Virus record (IMG/VR): IMGVR_UViG_3300042199_000067
Strand: one strand, 5' to 3'
DNA length: 36,052 nt
From: a virus
The position numbers and the translations under genes were made by a program. A model generated the notes under the pieces. It ran no database searches, was not told the DNA's origin, and saw only the letters and a list, made by a program, of their open reading frames with translations. The first letter of the stretch is position 1; each line of letters starts with the position of its first letter. Below, in pieces: positions 13,880 to 21,027 of this stretch.

Positions 13880-14311
13880 ATGAATACACTAGAACAACTA
13901 ACACAAACATTCAATGACAACTTTGTTGCATACTATCGCAGCCATGTTGCACATGTAAACATTTTAGGTCGCAACTTTTACAGCGACCATAAACTATTAC
14001 AAAAAATCTATGAGGATCTACAAGACCAAATAGATAAAATCGCAGAACTAATCAGAACATTAGATGGCTTTATGCCTGAAGAAATACAAGATGTATTAAA
14101 TCGTAGCAATATACCTACTACTATGATATTTGGCGATAGTGATACATTATTAACAGAGGTAAAAAATGATTTGGAATCGCTTAAAGGAGAATATGAAACT
14201 CTTATGGCTACTGCTGAAAGCGAAGGTCACGAAGAAATAGCAAACTACGCACAGGACAGAATACTTGCCCTTGCTAAATTTGTATGGATGTTAGATTCAA
14301 CTTTAAGTTAA
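13880..14311 (+). CDS. dps: Dps / ferritin-like four-helix-bundle protein
   Basis: AAGGAAAAG RBS, 143 aa. HVAHVNILGRNFYSDHKLLQKIYEDLQDQIDKIAELIRTLDG matches the Dps helix A/B pattern (H…G.NF…H..…E/D…D.IAERI..LGG). The C-terminal part, GHEEIANYAQDRILALAKFVWMLDSTL, matches the last Dps helix. Confidence 0.75.
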   Translation: MNTLEQLTQTFNDNFVAYYRSHVAHVNILGRNFYSDHKLLQKIYEDLQDQIDKIAELIRTLDGFMPEEIQDVLNRSNIPTTMIFGDSDTLLTEVKNDLESLKGEYETLMATAESEGHEEIANYAQDRILALAKFVWMLDSTLS

Positions 14312-14390
14312 GACGCCATGAGTGCTATCAAGAACCATATGATTTTGCGTCTTTCTAGTATGGGCATCAACGAATTGGCAGGCGAGTTTG

Positions 14391-14879
14391 TTAAGCACTC
14401 AATTTTTTGTATGCGTAACTACCACGAACATCATAACCATGTTTTTGATGTAGTTTAAGAAAAGCATTTTGGTCTTTACGCATAGTGGTACTGCAAATGA
14501 TAGGAACAGAACAGTATGAAGCGAATACTTCCCACATTGATAACATATCTGTTATTAAGCGTATTCGTAGTTTTGTGGACAATGATAGATTTACATGAGC
14601 CATGCGAATCACAATCATCTCATCATCACTCCAAACTGCTCTTTCCCCACGAACAGCCCATGTGTATGCCAGTAGTTGATTATTCTCATCTACGCAAACA
14701 CTAAACAGACAAGTTAAAGGATTATAGAATTGATTTACGATTGCTAATGTTACATTACGACTATAAGTTACAGGTTCTGGAACGAATATGTTGTCAATCT
14801 CAGACTGAAAATGGCTTTGCGCCATATTGACGATACTTTCTACATCAGTACCAACTGCAGGTCTCCAAATATAATTCAT
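14391..14879 (-). CDS. Reverse-strand accessory gene; weak GNAT-acetyltransferase-like pattern
   Basis: 162-aa ORF, convergent with dps and divergent from the next + gene. The C-terminal AHVN…RIRLITDML…A…FLKLHQKHGYDVRG resembles the GNAT core plus a C-terminal (F/Y)..GF motif. No clean Q/RxxGxG/A box. Confidence 0.35.
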   Translation of the reverse strand: MNYIWRPAVGTDVESIVNMAQSHFQSEIDNIFVPEPVTYSRNVTLAIVNQFYNPLTCLFSVCVDENNQLLAYTWAVRGERAVWSDDEMIVIRMAHVNLSLSTKLRIRLITDMLSMWEVFASYCSVPIICSTTMRKDQNAFLKLHQKHGYDVRGSYAYKKLSA

Positions 14880-14909
14880 AGCAATTCCTTAAATAATTAT
14901 TTACTAAAT

Positions 14910-15263
14910 ATGAATATGAACTCTGAATTACCAATTAAGAAAAAAGATGGAAGAGGTGGTGCAAGACCCGGCGCCGGTCGCAAAGCCGGCGGAAAAAATC
15001 TTGTTACCATTGACACATTATTGGGTAGTCTAGCACAGAAAAGTAATGGCAAACCATATGAAGATATGCTTATTGAAGATTTCTTCAAAGCCCGTGCTAG
15101 TGGCGACACACAACTTATAATCAAATATCACAATTTGATATTGAACAAAGTCATGCATACATTAAATCGTGTTGAAGTTGAAGATAGCCAAGATGCTATT
15201 CAAGCAAAACAACAAGCGTTTAGTGACGCATTGGCAAAACTTGTCGGTAAACAAGGAGAATAA
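14910..15263 (+). CDS. Small DNA-binding-type protein with N-terminal [17 protein letters not shown] arm (possible small terminase or packaging accessory)
   Basis: The tracked ORF begins at 14811, but that part overlaps the divergent gene. In-frame ATG at 14910 ([25 protein letters not shown]…). The Gly/Arg arm is typical of N-termini of phage DNA-binding or small-terminase proteins. Confidence 0.5.
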   Translation: MNMNSELPIKKKDGRGGARPGAGRKAGGKNLVTIDTLLGSLAQKSNGKPYEDMLIEDFFKARASGDTQLIIKYHNLILNKVMHTLNRVEVEDSQDAIQAKQQAFSDALAKLVGKQGE

Positions 15264-15271
15264 ATACAATT

Positions 15272-15421
15272 ATGCCATTAATTAAGTCAAAAAGTAAAGA
15301 GGCGTTTAAGAAAAACATCTCTACTGAAATCAAAGCAGGAAAGCCGCAAAAGCAGGCTGTTGCTATTGCTTATGCGACTCAAAGGGCAGCAGGTAAAAAG
15401 AAAACAAAGGCGAAAAAATGA
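15272..15421 (+). CDS. 49-aa Lys-rich mini-protein ([49 protein letters not shown])
   Basis: Below the 60-aa track cutoff; translated by hand. ATG at 15272, TGA at 15419-15421. The [13 protein letters not shown] core is a short motif I recall from aquatic phage genomes (recollection only). Confidence 0.6.
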   Translation: MPLIKSKSKEAFKKNISTEIKAGKPQKQAVAIAYATQRAAGKKKTKAKK

Positions 15422-15558
15422 ACACAAAACGAATGAATAGACTTGAAGAATTAGGTCGTGTTAATGCTGAAAAAGCAAAGACAGCAAAAGGTAAAAAGAA
15501 TCTTATGGCTGAAAAGAAGCGTGTTATTAGTGAATTAAAAAAGCCAAAGAAAAAGTAA
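15418..15558 (+). CDS. 46-aa Lys-rich helical mini-protein
   Basis: ATGA overlap with the previous ORF. Hand translation: [46 protein letters not shown]. Confidence 0.5.
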   Translation: MNTKRMNRLEELGRVNAEKAKTAKGKKNLMAEKKRVISELKKPKKK

Positions 15559-15559
15559 T

Positions 15560-15787
15560 ATGAAAAAGAATGTTAAACTTAGCGTTGGTCGTGGAGAGAA
15601 GTTACCCGCAAGTAAAGGCGCAGGTTTAACAGCGAAAGGTCGTGCGAAATACAATCGTGAGACAGGTAGCAATTTGAAAGCACCTACAAAAGATAGTAAG
15701 AACCCACGACATAAGAGTTTTTGTGCTAGAAGCAAATCTTGGACAGGTGAACGAGGTAAGGCTGCTAGAGCAAGATGGGGATGTTAA
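15560..15787 (+). CDS. 75-aa basic protein (…GLTAKGRAKYNRETGSNLKAP…PRHKSFCARSKSW…)
   Basis: ATG lies 1 nt after the upstream TAA. Strongly K/R/G-rich. The KSFCAR motif is recalled from short phage and giant-virus proteins (recollection only). Confidence 0.6.
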   Translation: MKKNVKLSVGRGEKLPASKGAGLTAKGRAKYNRETGSNLKAPTKDSKNPRHKSFCARSKSWTGERGKAARARWGC

Positions 15788-15949
15788 ATGAAAAACGGAT
15801 TATACGCAAACATACACGCCAAGCGTGAAAGAATAAAAGCAGGCTCAGGCGAGCGTATGCGTAAGCCAGGATCTAAAGGTGCGCCAACTGCGGCAGCATT
15901 TAGACAATCAGCGAAGACCGCTAAAAAACCAAAAGGAAAAACAAAATGA
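15788..15949 (+). CDS. 53-aa basic mini-protein (MKNGLYANIHAKRERIKAGSGERMRKPGSKGAPT…)
   Basis: ATG directly abuts the upstream TAA. TGA at 15947-15949 overlaps the next ATG (ATGA). Hand translated. The motif is recalled as a widespread short phage peptide family. Confidence 0.6.
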   Translation: MKNGLYANIHAKRERIKAGSGERMRKPGSKGAPTAAAFRQSAKTAKKPKGKTK

Positions 15950-16389
15950 AACAAAACAATGGACTATTTTATGCACAGGGCCCTGGCTTCAGTCGTGGTT
16001 CTGACAAGTTCAGTCACAATCAATGGAGCGGTCACAGCAATGATGGTCGCTTAGTAAATAAAGGTCGTGGTCCTACTAAGGGCAATCAAGACCATAAGCC
16101 TATGAATGTAGGACCAAGCGCAACTAAAGATGCGTTTAGAGGACCACCTTCATGTCACGATCCAAAAGTGCAACAGGGCAAAGAGATGTTTACAGGACAT
16201 GCTCAAGTTCGTACACCAGGTGGTACTCGTAGTTGGGATCCACAAAAGGGTCAGAACTACAAAGGTAATCCTGACAAGATTAATGTAAGTGGATACAGTA
16301 TGGGTGATGGTAAAGTTGTCAAGGGCAGCCGTCCAGTGGCAGCAGGTCAAACAGACGGTATCAACTATGGTCCTAAAAAGCAATACTAA
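15946..16389 (+). CDS. 147-aa Gly/Pro/Lys/Asn-rich, probably disordered basic protein carrying GRGPTKGN
   Basis: ATGA-coupled start. No hydrophobic core is evident. KGRGPTKGNQDH is shared exactly (GRGPTKGN) with ORF 16734-17039. Confidence 0.65.
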   Translation: MKQNNGLFYAQGPGFSRGSDKFSHNQWSGHSNDGRLVNKGRGPTKGNQDHKPMNVGPSATKDAFRGPPSCHDPKVQQGKEMFTGHAQVRTPGGTRSWDPQKGQNYKGNPDKINVSGYSMGDGKVVKGSRPVAAGQTDGINYGPKKQY

Positions 16390-16399
16390 GGAGTAGACT

Positions 16400-16729
16400 A
16401 TGACTGTATACTCTAAATTAGGCGCAACAACTGCTGTTACTGCAAATGCGGCACTAACACTTAATATTAGCAATATCACTACTCCATTGTTTGGAACTAG
16501 TTCAATTAGTTTTGTTAAAGTAACAAATGGTAGCAATGTTGACAATATCAAATTAAGTTTTAGAACTAGCGCAGTATTAAGTACTGATAGTAATCCTGTT
16601 GTTATTCCGCCATCAGCAACAGAATTCATTCAAGTGGCAGAAACAAACAATACTGGCAATGTATACTTCTATGTAAGTAGTGCAAACGCTGTTGTTGGTT
16701 ATATCACTCCAGTAACAATTGTAGGATAA
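16400..16729 (+). CDS. 109-aa charge-poor, beta-rich T/S/N/V protein (possible small virion or decoration protein)
   Basis: Strong AAGGAG RBS. About 8 charged residues in 109. Alternating hydrophobic/polar pattern. Confidence 0.6.
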   Translation: MTVYSKLGATTAVTANAALTLNISNITTPLFGTSSISFVKVTNGSNVDNIKLSFRTSAVLSTDSNPVVIPPSATEFIQVAETNNTGNVYFYVSSANAVVGYITPVTIVG

Positions 16730-16733
16730 TATT

Positions 16734-17039
16734 ATGAAATCAAATACAAAAATGACATTCAATAGTGGTCGTGGACCACAAGTTGGAAATAAAGGTAATA
16801 GTGAAAAGCGTGCCACTTTTATGGAAGAAAAGAACACACGCAGTAGCGAAAAGGCACAACTTGCTGATATGATTACTAACGCATTAGGTATGCGTGGTCG
16901 TGGTCAAGCAGGCAAAGTTAATCCTGCATTAGAAAGCGTACATGACACAACTAACACAGGTCGTGGACCTACAAAGGGCAACGCTGGTAAGCGTAGCACA
17001 GTAAAGAAGGGCGCAATGGGCGCAACTTCTGGTTATTAA
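16734..17039 (+). CDS. 101-aa basic protein with GRGPQVGN and GRGPTKGN motifs
   Basis: ATG lies 4 nt after the upstream TAA. Two copies of the GRGP-x-x-GN motif. Last gene before a strong terminator. Confidence 0.65.
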   Translation: MKSNTKMTFNSGRGPQVGNKGNSEKRATFMEEKNTRSSEKAQLADMITNALGMRGRGQAGKVNPALESVHDTTNTGRGPTKGNAGKRSTVKKGAMGATSGY

Positions 17040-17046
17040 TGTAGTC

Positions 17047-17080
17047 AATACAAGGGTACATAAATACCCTTGTATTTTTA
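17047..17080 (+). terminator. Rho-independent terminator
   Basis: 12-bp perfect stem, aatacaagggta / tacccttgtatt, with a 6-nt loop and a following T run (ttttt). Confidence 0.8.
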
Positions 17081-17095
17081 TTGAAAGGAAAATTT

Positions 17096-17908
17096 ATGAA
17101 TAGAAAAACTACAAATGAACCCAGCCCATGGGACAACGATATTGTCGTTGAAAATGCGGTAGAACCTCATGTTGACTTAGTAGAAGAAGTCAAGAAATCT
17201 AAAAAGCCAAAACAAAAAACAGAAGAAGTGCAGGCATTGACACATCCAGAATTTGATATGGATGGATTGATGACTGACTTTCCAACGGCAACTGAACTTG
17301 AAAGATTTGTTTATGACCAAACTGGTGTTGTATTAACACTAAAAGGTCGTGCTAATAAACTAAAATATCAAGTTGCTATGGATGTATTAAATGGCGTACA
17401 AGTTGATCCTAAGTTTATTGGTGGTGAGAATCCATATATTGATAGAACTGAATTAGTTCCTATTGATCCAATCAAAGAAGTACCTGAGCGTAGCAAATTA
17501 CTACCTGACCGTAGTGAAGTTCAGAACTTATTCTATGTTCCTACTTTCCCACATCCAGATGAGGAAGCAAGAGCAAAAGATATGAAATGCCATATGTTGT
17601 TTAGAAAATACAAAAATGGTATGATTAGTTATGAAATCATGGGTCCATTAAGTCAACGACCAGTTGGCGAAAAGATTGATAAGTTTGGTCGTATTCGTCC
17701 TGAAGTTATCAAATGGTATGATCCAAGAAGTGGTGAACAAGTTGTTCAGCGTGAAGATGGAAGTTTGACTCCTATCGGTAAACGACTTCGTGCTACTATG
17801 CAAACATATCGTGTTAACAAGAGTAACCAATGGGATGTATGGGTAGACCGTGAATTCGTCACATTGAATGATAGTGTTGCTAATAATCCTTGGGACTTAA
17901 ACAAATGA
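17096..17908 (+). CDS. Hypothetical protein (270 aa), no motif recognised
   Basis: The track starts at TTG 17081. ATG 17096 follows AAAGGAAAA. The ORF ends in an ATGA overlap with the next gene. Confidence 0.6.
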   Translation: MNRKTTNEPSPWDNDIVVENAVEPHVDLVEEVKKSKKPKQKTEEVQALTHPEFDMDGLMTDFPTATELERFVYDQTGVVLTLKGRANKLKYQVAMDVLNGVQVDPKFIGGENPYIDRTELVPIDPIKEVPERSKLLPDRSEVQNLFYVPTFPHPDEEARAKDMKCHMLFRKYKNGMISYEIMGPLSQRPVGEKIDKFGRIRPEVIKWYDPRSGEQVVQREDGSLTPIGKRLRATMQTYRVNKSNQWDVWVDREFVTLNDSVANNPWDLNK

Positions 17909-18225
17909 ACGACAGAGACCAAGAAATTAAAAGGGCACAAGAGGCAGCACGATATAATGACACATTAATACTACAAAAGATTAATGCTAGTCATCGTATG
18001 GCTTTTACTGAAAAGTTTCCTGGTCAAGTTGAACACATATTACGCTTACTAACCGAACGCTTACAAAACGGATTAGATAAGCGTGATAATGTGAATTTGG
18101 ATGATGTTAATACATGGAAACTAACACCAAGTGAATTGTGTGATTTAAGCAACGCAGTTTATAAAATGTATCTTGTAAGAGAGGGTCTTAAAGAACATGC
18201 TATCACCAGACATATTGATGAATAG
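17905..18225 (+). CDS. Small terminase subunit candidate (by position only)
   Basis: 106 aa, ATGA-coupled to the upstream ORF. Its 3' end overlaps the terL start. Helical and charged. No sequence motif supports the call beyond synteny. Confidence 0.4.
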   Translation: MNDRDQEIKRAQEAARYNDTLILQKINASHRMAFTEKFPGQVEHILRLLTERLQNGLDKRDNVNLDDVNTWKLTPSELCDLSNAVYKMYLVREGLKEHAITRHIDE

Positions 18226-19807
18226 AGCATTGAGGTATGTTGTTGATGAAAATAAACTTACAATTGATGCATTAAAAACTATACCCGGGCCATTAAAAAA
18301 TAAACTTCAAGATTTAGCAATATCTATTGCTGATGACATGAGGTATAACCAACTTAAATATTTTCGTCCATTTGAACACCAATATAGATTCTTTGAAACA
18401 GGAAATAATGAGCGTAGAGGAATACTCGCGGCTAATCGTATCGGGAAAACCGTATCTACTTGTTTTGAGACAGCCTATCATCTCACGGGACTGTATCCTG
18501 ATTGGTGGAAAGGCCATCGTTTTGAAGGCCCAATCACAGCAATGGTCGCAGGTGAAGGATGGAGTCAGGTAGCACTTGTATTGCAAAATGAATTATTAGG
18601 TTCGCAAGATGTTAAATTACAAGAAAATCTTGGTACTGGCGCTATACCTAGGGATTGTATTGTTTTGGATACAATGCGTAATGACGGTGCTAATTGTATT
18701 GGCTGTGAAATTAAACATACTTCAGGTGGCAAAAGTTACTTATTATTTGCCAACTACACACAAGAAGTTCGTCAGTTACAAGGTTTCAAATTAAATCTTG
18801 CTGTGTTTGACGAACAACCTCCTGATGATTTTTTTAGTGAAATTGTTACCCGTACAGCAACTACACAAGGTAAAGTTTTGTGTTCGTTCACGCCATTAAA
18901 GGGACTGAATGGTCTAGTTAGTAAGTTTTGGAATCGTGAAGAAGGTTACGAATATATTCGTGTGAGTTGGGACGATTGCCCAGAATATGATCCTTGGGGT
19001 CAACCATTTTTATTAAAAGAAACACGCAGACAATTAGAGCGTGATTATTTGCCACATGAGCGTGAAGCACGAATTGCTGGTAAACCTGTCATGGGTAAAG
19101 GCGCTGTGTTTCAAATCAAGAACTGGCCTACATATAAGACTGGTGATATTGATTTTACACAATTAAAAACTATACATCGTGTTATTAGTTTAGACTTAGG
19201 TCTAGTAAATGATAAAACTGTTATAAGTTTAATATATTGGGAACCATATGAAAGAACTGCATATCTTCACAGGCAAATCATCGTTCAAGGAATTGAAGAG
19301 GCTGTGCCAACACAATACATCAACCATTTACTCAGACCAGAAGTATTTGGCACGCCCATTGTACTACCGGCAGATGCAAATACAAGTGGACGCTATACAA
19401 TGTCGGCTAATAGTATCCGTGAGTTGTTTGAACAATACGAATTAAATGTTTACGAAAAACCCATAATGAATCCACCTGACAGTCAAGGTCGCATAACTAA
19501 TCATAAGAGTTATGGTATCAATCAGATGCGTCAGATGTTAGAGATTGGTACATTGATGATTAATGAAAACTGTACACAATTTTTAAGCGAAGCACAAAAT
19601 TACTATGTTGACCCACAAGGACGATTTAGTGATCCTGACGATTGTATTGATAGTTGTCGTTATGGTATACTTGCTTGCTTACAGGGCATAGCAGAGCCAT
19701 GGGACAATCGTACAAATCGTGAGCGTATGTTAGCGCATCGTGATAGATATATTAAACCTGATGATAGTAATAAACCAGCATGGAAGAAAACTTATGCAGC
19801 CAATTGA
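18197..19807 (+). CDS. terL: Terminase large subunit
   Basis: Walker A LAANRIGKTV and Walker B LNLAVFDEQP. RNaseH-type nuclease Asp motifs VISLDLGL and C-terminal DDCIDSCRYG. 536 aa. Alternative start at ATG 18218. Confidence 0.9.
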   Translation: MLSPDILMNRALRYVVDENKLTIDALKTIPGPLKNKLQDLAISIADDMRYNQLKYFRPFEHQYRFFETGNNERRGILAANRIGKTVSTCFETAYHLTGLYPDWWKGHRFEGPITAMVAGEGWSQVALVLQNELLGSQDVKLQENLGTGAIPRDCIVLDTMRNDGANCIGCEIKHTSGGKSYLLFANYTQEVRQLQGFKLNLAVFDEQPPDDFFSEIVTRTATTQGKVLCSFTPLKGLNGLVSKFWNREEGYEYIRVSWDDCPEYDPWGQPFLLKETRRQLERDYLPHEREARIAGKPVMGKGAVFQIKNWPTYKTGDIDFTQLKTIHRVISLDLGLVNDKTVISLIYWEPYERTAYLHRQIIVQGIEEAVPTQYINHLLRPEVFGTPIVLPADANTSGRYTMSANSIRELFEQYELNVYEKPIMNPPDSQGRITNHKSYGINQMRQMLEIGTLMINENCTQFLSEAQNYYVDPQGRFSDPDDCIDSCRYGILACLQGIAEPWDNRTNRERMLAHRDRYIKPDDSNKPAWKKTYAAN

Positions 19808-20012
19808 AAAAGAACCAATGTATTTTACAATGCTTATGGATAGAAGTCCGGCAATAATGTGTGAAAATCACGCAAGAGCATTTGAACAAGTAATGATTGC
19901 ACATGACATACCTCATACAATTTATGAGTTAGAAGATGACGATGAGCATGAATGTCATGCATGTAATTTACAGTATGAACTGACTAAACCAAGAATTATA
20001 TTACCTAATTAA
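19794..20012 (+). CDS. 72-aa Cys/His-containing acidic protein, unknown function
   Basis: The track starts at 19740 inside terL. ATG 19794 follows GGAAGAAAA. Contains CENH … HECHAC, a possible metal site. Confidence 0.45.
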   Translation: MQPIEKEPMYFTMLMDRSPAIMCENHARAFEQVMIAHDIPHTIYELEDDDEHECHACNLQYELTKPRIILPN

Positions 20013-20021
20013 GGAGACATT

Positions 20022-20135
20022 ATGGGAAAAGGTAGCAATCCAAGACCATTTGATATCCCTAAAGATAAGTTTAGAGACAACTGGGAACAAACATTTGGTA
20101 AGAAGAAAAAAGAAGAACCAACTGATAAGAAATGA
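20022..20135 (+). CDS. 37-aa mini-protein MGKGSNPRPFDIPKDKFRDNWEQTFGKKKKEEPTDKK
   Basis: Strong AAGGAGA RBS 5 nt upstream. Hand translated. ATGA overlap with the next gene. The GKG-x-x-PRP … W..(I/T)FG pattern is recalled as a common short phage ORF. Confidence 0.6.
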   Translation: MGKGSNPRPFDIPKDKFRDNWEQTFGKKKKEEPTDKK

Positions 20136-20986
20136 AATGTATAGCAACATGGAGTTTTAGTCCATGGTTAAATGATAAGGGAAGTAGTGTATGGCATAGC
20201 ACAACAGATATGTTGGCATGTAGTGTTGCCAGCATTGAAAGTTTCAATAAAATATATGGTCGTCCAACATTATACACAGATACATTAGGTCGCAATGTTT
20301 TTAGTCAATTGACAAAAAATTGTGACTTTGTAGTTGAATATGATGGCATAGATAGATTAGTGCCAAATACATTATGGGCTTACAGCAAGATATTGACATA
20401 TGAAAAGCAAAAAGAACCTTATCTACATTTTGACTTAGATTTCATAGTACACAAAGATTTAGAGTTAGTTGATTGTGATATTGCGTTTCAAAGTTTTGAA
20501 CATATCGGTGGCAGTTTAGAACGAGTTTACAATCTGGGAAGATTATACAAATATTATAAATTGCCCAGTGTTTTTCCTAGAACTGAACATGAATTGGATA
20601 GTATACAATGTCCTAATCTAGGATTTATGTACATGAACGATATGAAGTTAAATCGTGAATATACAGACACAGCAATCAAGTTGGTAGAAAATAATCGTGA
20701 ATTATTCAAAACTGACAAGAAATTACATATTTGTAGTGTTGAACAACAGACATTGGGATGTATATTGAAATACTACAAAAAGATAAAAACAAAGGTCTTA
20801 TTGAATAATCATAAGACAGATTATCCATTTAACGATTATTTCACTCATTTTATCGGTGGATGGAAGCAAAAGAAGTATCCTGGCGTTATTGAGTTACAAG
20901 ACAAGAATTATGGCAGTTACAAAACGAACGAACTATGTGATGTTGCTAAGTTTTTAGATAACTTAAAGTACTCGCTACGACACTAA
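20132..20986 (+). CDS. Accessory protein with DxD-type motif (possible GT-A-like glycosyltransferase), inserted between terL and portal
   Basis: 284 aa. LWAYSKILTYEKQKEPYLHFDLDFIV has an acidic D-x-D after a hydrophobic strand. The position is typical for a moron. The fold is not verifiable by eye. Confidence 0.3.
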   Translation: MKCIATWSFSPWLNDKGSSVWHSTTDMLACSVASIESFNKIYGRPTLYTDTLGRNVFSQLTKNCDFVVEYDGIDRLVPNTLWAYSKILTYEKQKEPYLHFDLDFIVHKDLELVDCDIAFQSFEHIGGSLERVYNLGRLYKYYKLPSVFPRTEHELDSIQCPNLGFMYMNDMKLNREYTDTAIKLVENNRELFKTDKKLHICSVEQQTLGCILKYYKKIKTKVLLNNHKTDYPFNDYFTHFIGGWKQKKYPGVIELQDKNYGSYKTNELCDVAKFLDNLKYSLRH

Positions 20987-21027
20987 TTTTACAGACATAA
21001 ATATAATAATAAGGGTACAGTCACGAT

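Noticed and set aside
14312-14390. Inverted repeat aagacgc…gcgtctt between the convergent dps and the minus-strand gene, considered as a terminator.
   Set aside because: A 7-bp stem with a 31-nt loop and no clean T run is too weak to call.
16150-16629. 159-aa minus-strand ORF overlapping two plus-strand genes.
   Set aside because: It overlaps well-supported, RBS-preceded plus-strand ORFs (15946-16389 and 16400-16729). Hydrophobic shadow-frame composition is typical of the antisense of T/S/N-rich genes.
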